This document shows, piece by piece, positions 12,601 through 23,489 of a DNA stretch of 64,000 bases. The stretch spans positions 4,030,001-4,094,000 of the forward strand of contig OZ218952.1 of the NCBI GenBank assembly GCA_965112735.1, written 5' to 3'. Position 1 is the stretch's first letter. Each line of letters starts with the position of its first letter. This DNA is from Phaeosaccion multiseriatum. Lineage: Eukaryota; Protista; Ochrophyta, other classes. The notes beneath the pieces are model-generated. The model did no database searches, was not told the DNA's origin, and saw nothing but the letters and a program-made list of their open reading frames with translations. Made by a program: the position numbers and the translations under genes.

Positions 12601-15136
12601 TGCTGCTGCTGCTGCTGCTGTTGTTGCTGTTGTCGGCAAATGTTGTAAGTAGCCCCTCAGCCTCGAGCAGCACACTGAGCAGGTCGAGGGCGAACTCCAG
12701 CGCCCCACAGCTCATGACAATGGCCAGCAAGGCTCGCAGCATCTGCAGCCGCAGCTCGGGGGTGCACAGGGTGGTCATGAGAAAGTCTCGAATCTGCCGA
12801 AGCGTCGCTAGCACATCAAAGCACTCGGTCGCTTCATCAGGCACGTTCACGCGTACGTCATATATCTCGAGGCTGGCGTTGTTGCCGTGAAGGTTCGCGC
12901 CGCTGCGGCCCCGCATGCGGAGGCGCACGTGCGTGATCTTCACCTCCTCTTCGTTCTTCGCTGCCCTGACTACTGCTTCTTCTGCGCCCGCTGATGCCCC
13001 TGTTGTTGCCCCTGCTGCGGTCGCCCTATCGTTCGCAACTGCCTGCTGCGCTGGCTGCTGCATGTGCTTGACGTTCCACAGCGACACGGCGTATCGATGC
13101 CTACACCCCGCCCCTGCCGCGGCCGTATTCCTGGCTGCGTCCATGAGAATGACTCCATCCTCCCCAGTCATATTGGCCCAGCTGGATCCGCCATCTGCAG
13201 ACGCTTCGAGCACCAACGTGTGGGGCGTGGCGTATTGCTTGGGTGTGGGGGCAGACGCATCTCCCGGCCCCCATTGGATTGTTACTGACGTAATGTTGGC
13301 CTGGGGTTTCAGAAGCGCCGCCTGTCGCCGTCGCCGTTGTTGGTGTGGTGGTGATGCATGTGAGGGAGGTGAGGGAGTGAAGGGGAAGAGAGTCAGCGAG
13401 AGGTGACCGCTCAACAGAGACTGACTGTATACACACGTCATGTCCCCCGCCTCGCTATACCCCCCCCCCCCCCCTCCCGCACAGCAAGACGTGCGCATAA
13501 CAATTGGTTGACAGATTGGTTCACCGACTTATTCATTTCCGCTGGCTGTAACACATACACATGAACACACATAAACACACACTCACCTGCCACGTGACCT
13601 CCGCTCCCGGGCCAATAGACTTGCTCTTCCACCCGACGTGCGCCCCCCGGGAGACGGCCAGGCAGGCCAGGGTGGAGGACATGCTCGCAGACGCGGACTC
13701 TGGGTCAAAGCCCTCCTCCCTCTCCGGCCCTGCCGGCAGGGGCGACCAGTACTTGAATAAACTCAGCGGGGGGAGCTTGGTGAGCATGCCATTGAGCATG
13801 TTAAAGGGCGCCTGCACCAGCCCAAGAGCTGCAGAAGAAGGGGTGGAACCGGTACTGCCACTGCCACTGGCGGTGGTGGTGTTGAGCGCTCCTGCCGCCC
13901 GCAGGACGGGGAGGAGCGAGGCGAGGCTGGATAGGCCGGTGAGCGCCACCGAGTTGAGCGTGAGGGCCAGGTGGACGTCAGCCTGCTTGTCGCTCGTGGG
14001 GAGGGGTGGGGCCAGCACCTTCAAGCGATAAGGGCTGCACTTGGACATTCGCTCAATGGTGATGATGCTCCCCACCTCTCGCAGGACGGCAAGGCGTCGC
14101 TGGAGGGTGGGGAGGAAGCTACCAGCGTTGAAGGACCGGGCTGGGGTGGGGGGGAGGAGGGAGGGGGATGCTGGAAAGGTCAGGGCACACTTGGAAGTAG
14201 TAATACAGACGACTAATGTTGGGGTTGGGCGTGGACGTGTGCGTGGACGCTGATGGAACTGAGGGACACGACTTTCAGGGAGCCTCTTCTGATGGCGCGC
14301 ACTACTCTATACTGTGGGCCACAAGTCAGACTCTCTGTGGCCACGCCTGAGACGGGTTTGACCCCTGCTAGGCCCCTCAGGGCATTACCCCTCAGGGCTG
14401 GATAGGTATGGGCCCCTGTCCTCCTTTTGAGGCGAACGTACCGAGCTGCAGCTCGTCGAAGGACGCCTCCACCGCGGTTCGGCCCTCCAGGTGGTCCACG
14501 CCCGCACCCGCAGCCTCTTGCCACGCGCCCACACGCTCCTGTAGCAGCTGTCGATGCTTCTCGTCCAATGCGCTAGAGTGGAGGGAGGAGGTCAGGGGAG
14601 AAGAAGGGGAATCACGAGTGATTAAGATGGTGTTTACATGGCATGGCTGGGCCAGCAAGGGTACAGGGATTCTGCGTCTGTGTGTAACGAAGACCAGGGG
14701 AAAGCCCCTAGCAGCAGAGCATCACGTACAGCATCTGTGGATCGACATCTAATGTGACTTCCCACAGCAGCTTTTGGGGAGCGAAGTGGGTCGAGCGAAG
14801 TCGAGCCTTTCACAGAGGAGTCCACAAAACTCCTTTTCGGAGACGCACGCTATCCACACCGTTTACAATGTACCTGAAGTATGGGATATCCACCACAGCC
14901 GCCAGGGCACCGTCCATCCCTTCTGCATTGTCGAGCATGGCGTTGATGAAGGCATCGTCCAGGAGGTGTCTGATGGCACACTCTCTGAAGGAGGGGTGGC
15001 TTGTAAGCTCCTCCCATGTGGAGCACTGCTGTGCAAGTGGACATGCACAGCCGGTGGTCTTCTTGCCCTTGCGCAGTCGGAGCTGGTGCTCTGCAGAGGA
15101 AGGGGCAAAGGGCCCATGGGAAGATGCCTGCCCCAT
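1..15136 (-). CDS. Giant multi-SPRY/B30.2-domain protein, HERC/HECT-type E3 ubiquitin ligase-like (5' portion; 3' end beyond window start)
   Basis: Starts MGQASS at 15136. GT-AG exons ~15136-14874, ~14572-14442, ~14140-13587, ~13321-12163, ~11863-6720, 6482-6362 and 6172-<1. Three SPRY-like segments: WEWEMRLERETNGDETTC..KIHPRDAVKFRLDSGAHTLSLQVNG..HPLVCFYG; WEFMLESDSVGDECSVFG..KVHPGDTIRCELDADEGTLRFSVNG..LYPCCGSY; LDVVTIGADATTGALWLRINGVDQG..LYPACS. Also PWLRSPLLSGG and FLAALLKH segments reminiscent of HERC-family ligases. No HECT domain lies within the window, so the E3 call is inference. Confidence 0.7.
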
Positions 15137-15507
15137 TTTGGTGTGTAATGATTAAGCAGTAGCAGTAACCCACCGCTACTGCTGCGACCTCCTCCTGCCT
15201 ACTGCTTTTGCGGTGATACGTCCCCGCTCTCTTCTTGTGCCTACTGTACAACTTGAGATTTTTGTCTCTATCCTTGCCGCTCCGTTAGGGCCATGCCCTG
15301 TATGCCTCTAAATTTTTTCGCCTCATCAATCAACGCCTTACTGTATTTTTTCTCCCTTTATCCCTTCGGCTCCAGACTGGCCTAGAAGCCTATGCTCTAG
15401 GCCCTAGGCCGAGCGGCCTACGCCCGCTCTAGGCCTAGGCCGGCGGCCGTTGGCCGCTCTAGGCCGGCCATTTTTTCTCCCTAGGCCGGCAGTTCTAGGC
15501 CTAGGCC

Positions 15508-17377
15508 TCGACCTATCTGATTAGTAATTACCGCCGGCGCAGCCGGCCTGATTACTGATTATGACCGGCGCCAGCCGGCCTGAGTACTGATTATGCGCCA
15601 GCCGGGGGCTGATTACTGATTACGGCCGGCGCACACCGTAATCTTGTCCAGGGTCGAAGGGAGGGAGGGAGGGAGGGAGGGAGGGAGGGAGGGAGGGAGG
15701 GAGGGAGGGAGGGAGGGAGGGAGGGAGGGAGGGAGGGAGGGAGGGAGGGAGGGAGGGAGGGAGGGAGGGAGGGAGGGAGGGAGGGAGGGAGGGAGGGAGG
15801 GAGGGAGGGAGGGAGGGAGGGAGGGAGGGAGGGAGGGAGGGAGGGAGGGAGGGAGGGAGGGAGGGAGGGAGGGAGGGAGGGAGGGAGGGAGGGAGGGAGG
15901 GAGGGAGGGAGGGAGGGAGGGAGGGAGGGAGGGAGGGAGGGAGGGAGGGAGGGAGGGAGGGAGGGAGGGAGGGAGGGAGGGAGGGAGGGAGGGAGGGAGG
16001 GAGGGAGGGAGGGAGGGAGGGAGGGAGGGAGGGAGGGAGGGAGGGAGGGAGGGAGGGAGGGAGGGAGGGAGGGAGGGAGGGAGGGAGGGAGGGAGGGAGG
16101 GAGGGAGGGAGGGAGGGAGGGAGGGAGGGAGGGAGGGAGGGAGGGAGGGAGGGAGGGAGGGAGGGAGGGAGGGAGGGAGGGAGGGAGGGAGGGAGGGAGG
16201 GAGGGAGGGAGGGAGGGAGGGAGGGAGGGAGGGAGGGAGGGAGGGAGGGAGGGAGGGAGGGAGGGAGGGAGGGAGGGAGGGAGGGAGGGAGGGAGGGAGG
16301 GAGGGAGGGAGGGAGGGAGGGAGGGAGGGAGGGAGGGAGGGAGGGAGGGAGGGAGGGAGGGAGGGAGGGAGGGAGGGAGGGAGGGAGGGAGGGAGGGAGG
16401 GAGGGAGGGAGGGAGGGAGGGAGGGAGGGAGGGAGGGAGGGAGGGAGGGAGGGAGGGAGGGAGGGAGGGAGGGAGGGAGGGAGGGAGGGAGGGAGGGAGG
16501 GAGGGAGGGAGGGAGGGAGGGAGGGAGGGAGGGAGGGAGGGAGGGAGGGAGGGAGGGAGGGAGGGAGGGAGGGAGGGAGGGAGGGAGGGAGGGAGGGAGG
16601 GAGGGAGGGAGGGAGGGAGGGAGGGAGGGAGGGAGGGAGGGAGGGAGGGAGGGAGGGAGGGAGGGAGGGAGGGAGGGAGGGAGGGAGGGAGGGAGGGAGG
16701 GAGGGAGGGAGGGAGGGAGGGAGGGAGGGAGGGAGGGAGGGAGGGAGGGAGGGAGGGAGGGAGGGAGGGAGGGAGGGAGGGAGGGAGGGAGGGAGGGAGG
16801 GAGGGAGGGAGGGAGGGAGGGAGGGAGGGAGGGAGGGAGGGAGGGAGGGAGGGAGGGAGGGAGGGAGGGAGGGAGGGAGGGAGGGAGGGAGGGAGGGAGG
16901 GAGGGAGGGAGGGAGGGAGGGAGGGAGGGAGGGAGGGAGGGAGGGAGGGAGGGAGGGAGGGAGGGAGGGAGGGAGGGAGGGAGGGAGGGAGGGAGGGAGG
17001 GAGGGAGGGAGGGAGGGAGGGAGGGAGGGAGGGAGGGAGGGAGGGAGGGAGGGAGGGAGGGAGGGAGGGAGGGAGGGAGGGAGGGAGGGAGGGAGGGAGG
17101 GAGGGAGGGAGGGAGGGAGGGAGGGAGGGAGGGAGGGAGGGAGGGAGGGAGGGAGGGAGGGAGGGAGGGAGGGAGGGAGGGAGGGAGGGAGGGAGGGAGG
17201 GAGGGAGGGAGGGAGGGAGGGAGGGAGGGAGCAGCCGGCCTGATTACTGATTATGACCGGCGCCAGCCGGTCTGGTTGCTTACAGCCGGTGACCAGCCGG
17301 CCTGATTACTGATTTTGCGCCGGCCGGGGGCTGATTACCGGTTACGGCCGGCGCACACCGTAATCTTGTCCAGGTCC
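15508..17377. mobile_element. MITE family B (GCCGGC/TGATTA subrepeats) nested in family A, internally duplicated around the (GGGA)n tract
   Basis: Begins tcgacc. The end motif gtaatcttgtccag(g)gtc occurs at 15638-15657 and 17360-17376 and resembles the TIR of the element at 54497-54713. Flanked by taggcc (15502-15507, 17378-17383). Confidence 0.65.
15658..17231 (+). repeat. (GGGA)n tetranucleotide array, ~1.57 kb, essentially perfect
   Basis: Read directly from the sequence; ORF 15644-17305 (GGRE)n is its artefact. Confidence 0.95.
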
Positions 17378-17520
17378 TAGGCCGGGAGGGCTGCGCCCAA
17401 AATAGGCCTAGGCCGGGGACCTGCGGCCCCCTCTAGGCCTAGGCCGGGGGCCTGCGGCCCCCCTAGGCCGGCCGCATTTCGTCTCTAGGCCTAGGCTTCT
17501 AGGCCAGTCTGGAGCCGAAT

Positions 17521-17629
17521 CCCTGACGTGCTATCGACCACATTCTCGATAGCATGCTATCGGCCGCCGGCCGATAGTAGATAGCACGCCGGCCGCGGCG
17601 GCGATAGCGGATAGCACGTCAGGGGTCGA
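17521..17629. mobile_element. MITE family C (GATAG-rich palindromic element)
   Basis: TIR ccctgacgtgctatc / gatagcacgtcagggg(tcga). Shares the internal segment ctatcg.ccacattctcgatagc with the copy at 23298. Confidence 0.75.
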
Positions 17630-17755
17630 AAAGAAGCTTGCTTGACAACATGTATCGAGGGAAAGAACACCCAGCAGGACATACATTACAGGCAAACAGC
17701 CCAGAGAGAGCCCTCATGAGCACCACAACGCACGGCAATGGCTCTTTTTTCCTTT

Positions 17756-18565
17756 CTACCTCGCACCACCACCGACCCGCATCACCACCATCCCCGGGTT
17801 GCGCTCATCTTCCCATGCTTCGAGGCCCTGCCTCTCCTGCAAAGAGGCCAGCACAGTGAGCTTGAGAACGCTGACGCTGTCCTTGCTGCCTCGGCCTCGG
17901 TCTGTGATGACTTACGTCTTAGCCCCTGGCTTCGCCTCTAACTTGCTCGTTTGCCTTGTGAAGTCGTGCAGGTCCATCTCGCTCGCAGGCACCAGCCAGT
18001 GTTTCAAGATGCCCTCCGACATGGCCTCTGCGTACAGCTCGTCAGCAGCCTCCTCGTCGCCACCCTCCTGCAAAGCGCCAATGGTAGCGTTTTTGTAGGT
18101 GATTTGATTGGGGGCAAGGCCTTCCTCCTTCAATTTTTCCTTTTTCCTTTTCGCTTACATCACACTGAAGAGCTTCAGGACCTGTGTACATTCGCCAGCT
18201 CTGCGACACGCCGTGATGATAGTGCTGTAGGTCCTCTCTGTCCTCTCTTCACGGGGTTCCTTTGTCCTTGCTTGCTTCTTCTCAATATTCAGGGCCTCCA
18301 CTGGGAGTAAGGGGGGTTTAGCTCTTTCCCCTCCCTTCTACCTGATAACACTCGTCGGCTCGATCGGCCCAATGCCCTCCTTCTTCGTCTCTTCCAGAAG
18401 TTTCAAAGCGCCCTAGCACCGCCCGCACTTCCCAATCGCGGAAATGGAAGCTTTGAGACAGTGAGGGGGGGAAGGAGGAGGAGGGGAGAGGATTCCTCAT
18501 GAGCTGCATATACCTCGCCTTGTCAAGCCCCCACCGTTCCCCAGTAGAGAGTGGGACCATTGTTG
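17756..18565 (-). pseudogene. PPR-SMR pseudogene (paralog of 51656-54369) with most repeats absent
   Basis: Reverse complement matches the intact gene's N-terminus (gacaaggcgagg..cagctcatgagg; catttccgcgattgggaagtgcgggcggtg), a PPR (RTYSTIITACRRAGECTQVLKLF) and the SMR region (LQEGGDEEAADELYAEA..MDLHDFTR..VITDRGRGS..WEDERNPGMVVMR). Contains premature stops and indels. Confidence 0.85.
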
Positions 18566-18757
18566 CTCACTCTCCCTGCGCGTCCTTCTTTGCCAGGACC
18601 ATCGTGAGGTGATCGACAGTTTCGTTTATGTGTTCTTTTACCCTTCGTATTATTTGTATTTGAGGGGGGTTCCTTTTCCCTCCTTCTCTTTTCGCCATTA
18701 CACTACTTCTCCTTTTGCCACTACACGTTACTTGCTCCTCTCCTCCTTTCCTCGTCT

Positions 18758-19465
18758 ATGCTGTGCTGTGGCTCTACCGCTGATGTTTTGCCGGAGGGAA
18801 AGGACGTGATTGAGGATGCCGGTGGTCCCGAAGGCAAGCAGGCAAGCCCCGCAGCGGAATGGGCCAAGGAAAAAGTGGGCTCGCACAAATACCTGCCACC
18901 GAAGGCCGAAGCTATGGACGAGGGGTTTGTGGAGGAGGGCCTAATCCCGCAAAAGTACTGCTGGCTCTCCTGCATCTGTTCCTGCTTCGCCATGTTCACT
19001 GACATGGGCGGCCTGACCTTCCCGGCCTTCTGGGATGCCCACCTTGGCGGCCCAGGCTTCACCGACGTCTCTCAGGACGAGCTCTGCAGTACTGCCGAAG
19101 CCGTTCTCATTAAGCTTCTCGCTCCGGAGATCAAGGAGCTTGTCGACAATGGTGTCACCGAGGAGGATGCCCAAGAGAGGTGGTCAATTGCCATGGGCAT
19201 TGTTATGCTGCGCAACATGACGCAGGCGAAGGGCGACAACGCGGACATCACCCTGCACAACGCTCTGACGGGATCACCCGATGAAGCGTGCCCGGTGGAT
19301 GCCGAGAGGTGGTCTGGATGCGTCTGGAAGCCTGACCTGTTCGCAGAAGAGGGGGGGGATAAGCTCAACGGCGACGCGTACACAAAGGAGCAGCTGGAGA
19401 AGATCCTCGGGAGAACGGTTGAGGCTGATGAGATTGTGTGTGAGGAGGAGGAGGAGGAGGAGTAG
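18758..19465 (+). CDS. Hypothetical acidic protein (235 aa), intronless
   Basis: Complex (non-repetitive) ORF with GC3-rich codon usage like neighbouring genes; no family recognised; start codon uncertain. Confidence 0.55.
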   Translation: MLCCGSTADVLPEGKDVIEDAGGPEGKQASPAAEWAKEKVGSHKYLPPKAEAMDEGFVEEGLIPQKYCWLSCICSCFAMFTDMGGLTFPAFWDAHLGGPGFTDVSQDELCSTAEAVLIKLLAPEIKELVDNGVTEEDAQERWSIAMGIVMLRNMTQAKGDNADITLHNALTGSPDEACPVDAERWSGCVWKPDLFAEEGGDKLNGDAYTKEQLEKILGRTVEADEIVCEEEEEEE

Positions 19466-19888
19466 GAGGTAGAAGGAGACTGAGGCGGAGCAGGAGCAGT
19501 AGCAGGAGGGGGAGAACTCGAGCAAGTCAGCGTTGCCGTCTGAAGACGAAAAACGCCCGCCCCTCACTCTTTTTTTTAATACCATTGTACTCACTACGAT
19601 ACATGTTCTTTCATGTTCTTTCTTCTATTCATTCAAAGCAACGAGCGCTTCTCGCCTTGCCTAAATGACTCGTTCCTTCACGTCAGGGGCCATCGTGAAT
19701 GCCTGCCTGAGTCCTTTTGCCTCACCGATGGAACTCTGCAAACCCCCCCCCCCCCAAGTGCTAACTCCTTTTAATTAACTCTTTTATGATTTCACCAAAT
19801 TCCTCCCTCCCTCCTCCTCTCCTCCATCCAAACGTATCCCCTCTGCCCTACTCTCCTCTCCCCCCCCCCCAACCCCCTCTTCCAGCCC

Positions 19889-19970
19889 CCCAAAAGAGGT
19901 ATGGTCAGATGCAACTCACGGGTTTGTATCACTCGTTCAAAAGCCGCAATCGTCATTCACTTCTTTCGGG
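19889..19970 (-). promoter_or_regulatory. SECIS element in the GPx 3' UTR
   Basis: On the minus strand: helix I cccgaaagaagt/acctcttttggg, core AUGAC...UGAC (GA quartet), helix II gattgcggctt/gagttgcatc, and apical unpaired AA with a mini-stem (form II-like). Lies ~105 nt after the GPx stop. Confidence 0.8.
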
Positions 19971-20074
19971 TCGTCAGATAGAGAGAGGTAGATGAGAGGG
20001 ATAAGATGGGTGAGGAATACACCTTCCAACCCGCTCAGTTGTAATACACACATACACCCGCCACCCCTATCCGC

Positions 20075-21590
20075 TTAGGTGGAGGAGGAAGAAGCGGCCG
20101 ATGCTGCCCCCTGTTGGTTCTGCTCAGGCGACGGCTTCGAGTCTTCCCCCCCCTCCTCCTCGCCGCCACTACCACTACCGCTCACGTCTTCGAGCAGTTT
20201 CAGGATGTCCTTCTCCATGCTCAGTGGAGAGTCTTTGGGGCCGAAGCGTCGCACGGGCTGGCCAGATCCATCCAAGAGGAACTTTCACAACACACCACAA
20301 GAGTAGTTTGCAGGTGCCGAGGTCCCACGCGGGGGGGGACACAATGAGAGAGTGAGGGATAGAAACAGTGAGAGGCAGAAGAGACAGGGGGAGGGGGGGA
20401 GAGAGAAGATGAAGGAGAGAGGCAGAAGAGACAAGGGAGAGAAAGATGAAAGAGGGAGAGAGTACGGATGGCTGGAGAAGTCGGGGTTGTAGGAGGAAGA
20501 GGTGGAGGCAAGAAGGCATGGGCGCAGCAAGCGAAAAGTGGAACTGGGCTCATGGTCACTCCGTACCCAGCTCCCATTCAGAGGCCGAGGTGGACATTCC
20601 TCCCCTGAGGGTCCACCCACCGCGCCAGCACCACACCCTTTCCTGACTCTCCCTGCGCCCCTCCACTGCCATCGCCTCTCACCTTGGAGAAGTTCCACTT
20701 GATGCTGTCTGTGATAAAACCCTTGAGGGCGCCCTTCAACCACTTGTAGAGCGGGTGTGCCTTGGAGTCGTTGACTTTGATCTTGCCAAACACGGGGAAG
20801 GTCACGCCGTAGCCCTTTGCGAAGGCCTGAATCGCCTCGTTGTCACCGGGTTCTTGGCCTCCAAACTGTGACATTCACAGAATCACACACACGACATGGA
20901 GACGGAGCGAGAGAGAGAGACAGGGAGAGAGGGAGCGAGAGAGAGAGAGAGAGCAAGAAAGAGGGAGAGAAAGCAAGAGAGAGAGGGAGAGCAGCGGCCG
21001 ACCGCAGCGTGAGGATGAGGGACCGGGACAGGAGAGAAAACGAGGGGGCGGGCATAATCATGTGTGCTGTGTACGGGAACCTCAACAGTAAACTACCAAC
21101 CTGGTTGCAAGGGAAGGCCATGATTTCGAGACCATGGTTTTTGTACTTTCCGTACAGCTGGACCAGTTCCTTGTAGTTCTGGTCCGTCAGGCCTGAGGAG
21201 GGAGGGACGTCCGAGGAGGGAGGTCAAAGGAAGAGAAAAGGGGTCGGGAAGGGAGATGGGGGAATAGGGGAAGTCCACAGGGGGCGGCGAGAGAGGGCCG
21301 TTCGGGTGGGGCAAGGACGTATCCGGGCATTACCTCATTTACTCGCCACATTGACGATGAGGAATGCCTGCAAGTAGCATACGTAGTAGCAGCGGGGATC
21401 AGGGGTGAGTGTGAAAAAAATCCTGGAGAAAAAGGGGAGTGTCATTCGCACGCACCTTCGTCCCCTTTCCTTCGTAAGACTTGAGCTCCACTGGGTTATC
21501 CTCCGCGTCGGGAACAGTGAAATTGAAGAGGGTCTGGCCAGCCCCGGCGACTGGCTTGCTGGCCGACAGCCTTCGCAGCATCTTGTTCAT
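20075..21590 (-). CDS. GPX: Selenocysteine-containing glutathione peroxidase
   Basis: Exons 21590-21456, 21367-21334, 21192-21101, 20865-20683, 20281-20075 (all GT-AG, phases compatible). Motifs NVASK-U(TGA 21337-21335)-GLT, AFPCNQFGGQEPG and IKWNFSKFL. Confidence 0.93.
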
Positions 21591-21799
21591 CTTGAAAAAG
21601 AGGGGATGAGGCGGAAAAATCATCCGTCCTCTCAGACAGCTCGCTCACAAATGTCGGCGAAGATCTAACACATGTACCTTGTGTCCATCTGTCCCCCCCT
21701 GATATCGGCCTCGCTGGTGCTCCTTGCTGCCCTCTTCCCACATTAACGCACTGAGTCTGTGCGTAGGTATCCTTACTACCACTGCCATCATCATCTACC

Positions 21800-22668
21800 A
21801 TGGCAGAACATCCCGAGGAGGCGATGAAGGAGGGCGTGAAGCGGCGGAGGCAGGAAGATCGCTTCAGCGAATACGAGGTCTTTGTCGGCAAGGAGAACTT
21901 CAAGTTCAATGCAGCGCATTTCGTGGCATTTCAGGGCTTCCGTGAGCGGCTGCACGGCCACAATTACGCCGTCGGGGTGCGGCTGAGGGGTAGAAAGAAC
22001 ATCAGCTCTGATGGCTACGTCATGGACTTTGGTGATGTGAAGAAGGCAACTCGACTCCTCTGCAAGCAGATGAATGAGCGCTTCCTCGTGCCTGCGCGAA
22101 GTGACGTTATGGCGATTACGGAGGAGGGCCCGCAGCTGTGCTTGAAGTGTGAGGACGGGGCCTCCTTCTCCATGCCCAAGGTATTGATTGAAACGACGAG
22201 AAACAAAAGAACGCGAATCCAGGGGGAATGCCCACCCCCCGTTTCTTTTTTTAACTCAGTCCCCTATGAAGAAGTATCCTGCCTGCGACGATGATGGCGC
22301 CAGTGCACTCACTCCGCCTCATGTCCATTCATCCCTCCTTTCTCTTTGTTTCCTGCTGTTGCTACTGTTTCTTCTTCGTGTGCGCGTTCGGTTCTTCGTA
22401 CCAGTCCGATTGCATCATGCTCCCCATCATGCACAGCACCGCAGAAGAGCTGGCGCACTACCTCTACAACAAGTTGGTGGAGCACTTCACGCTAGAGCAC
22501 CTCCAGGCGAGGGGCATTTGGCAGATGGAGGTCTCCGTGGCCGAGATGCCGAGACAGGAGGCCGTGTTCAAGGCCACACTGCCCGACCACATAGAAGATC
22601 TGGTGTGGGACAGTCCATGTCTAACGAGACCACGGGCTTGCTTTGGGGGGGGGGGGGAGGAGAGCTGA
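21800..22668 (+). CDS. 6-pyruvoyl-tetrahydropterin synthase family protein, PTPS-III type
   Basis: Exons 21800-22180 and 22405-22668. Motifs FNAAHF, ERLHGHNY, GYVMDF and STAEELA; Glu-x2-HGH replaces the catalytic Cys motif. Confidence 0.88.
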
Positions 22669-22789
22669 GAGGCGTGTCTTGCTTGAGGGGGATGGGGAAA
22701 GAGAGGGGGAGAGAGAGAGAGAGAGAGGGAGGGGGAGAGAGAGAGAGACAGAGGGATGACATTCGTTGATCACTTTTAGTCTTTTTCCT

Positions 22790-23084
22790 ATCTTGCAAGA
22801 AGGTGGCGATGAGAAGGCTCCTGACGTGTTGTACGCCGCCTCTGCAAGGGGCCTACGCACACTGGAAGAGACAGGGGCAGGAGATGGGGCTTGCACGAGC
22901 TCACCAGGAGGACGAGAAAGGCTGCACGCTTTGTGGCATCACAGACCGAGGCCGAGGCCGCGAGGACGGTATCCGCGTTCTCAAGCCCGCTGTGCTGTCC
23001 TACTTGCAGGAGAGGCCAGGTGTCGAACCATGGGAAGACGACAAAAACCCGAGGATGGTGGTGATAGGTTGCGCGAGTCGATAG
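22790..23084 (+). pseudogene. 5'-truncated PPR-SMR relic (SMR domain only)
   Basis: Colinear nucleotide similarity to 54033-54355 with frameshifts; ITDRGRGREDGIRVLKPAVLSYLQERPGVEPWEDDKNPRMVV. Confidence 0.85.
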
Positions 23085-23297
23085 CGCCAAGTAGTAGTAG
23101 ATGGGTTGGCACCCACTCACTCCTTTGCTCTGCATCATAAGGGCTTGTCTTGGCAGAGCCTCCGATGTAGTCCCTTTGCTTTTGCTCGATGGACATACAA
23201 GATATCAGAACGAAAGAGAAGGGAGTTTAATGGCCCAACAACACTTCTCGCAACTCGCTTGAGCTTGAAGAAAGGCTCAGCAGACGTGTTCTTCTCT

Positions 23298-23387
23298 TCA
23301 ACCCCCGATACACTATCGCCCACATTCTCGATAGCGCGCCGGCTGGCGCCGGCGATAGCGGATAGCGGATAGTGTATCAGGGGTTGA
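23298..23387. mobile_element. MITE family C copy
   Basis: TIR tcaacccccgatacactatc / gatagtgtatcaggggttga; flanks ttctct / ctctct. Confidence 0.75.
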
Positions 23388-23393
23388 CTCTCT

Positions 23394-23438
<45 letters not shown>

Positions 23439-23489
23439 TGTGTGTGTGTGTGTGTGACTCTATCAGTGTACCGATCAGCCCCATGCACG

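Larger units (their letters stand above)
15366..17518. mobile_element. MITE family A (CCTAGG-rich) carrying nested insertions
   Basis: 27-bp perfect TIR tcggctccagactggcctagaagccta (15366-15392) / taggcttctaggccagtctggagccga (17492-17518), flanked by direct repeat atccct (15360-15365, 17519-17524). A second copy lies at 27246. Confidence 0.85.

Noticed and set aside
252-15155. Dozens of plus-strand ORFs over the giant gene (and minus-strand ORFs over the ankyrin, PPR and DMXL genes)
   Set aside because: Antisense shadows of GC-rich, triplet-repeat coding sequence.
15644-17305. 553-aa (GGRE)n ORF
   Set aside because: Translation of a (GGGA)n microsatellite inside a MITE; no coding evidence.
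21335-21337. In-frame TGA suggesting a GPx pseudogene
   Set aside because: It sits at the catalytic Sec position, the rest of the gene is intact and a SECIS is present.
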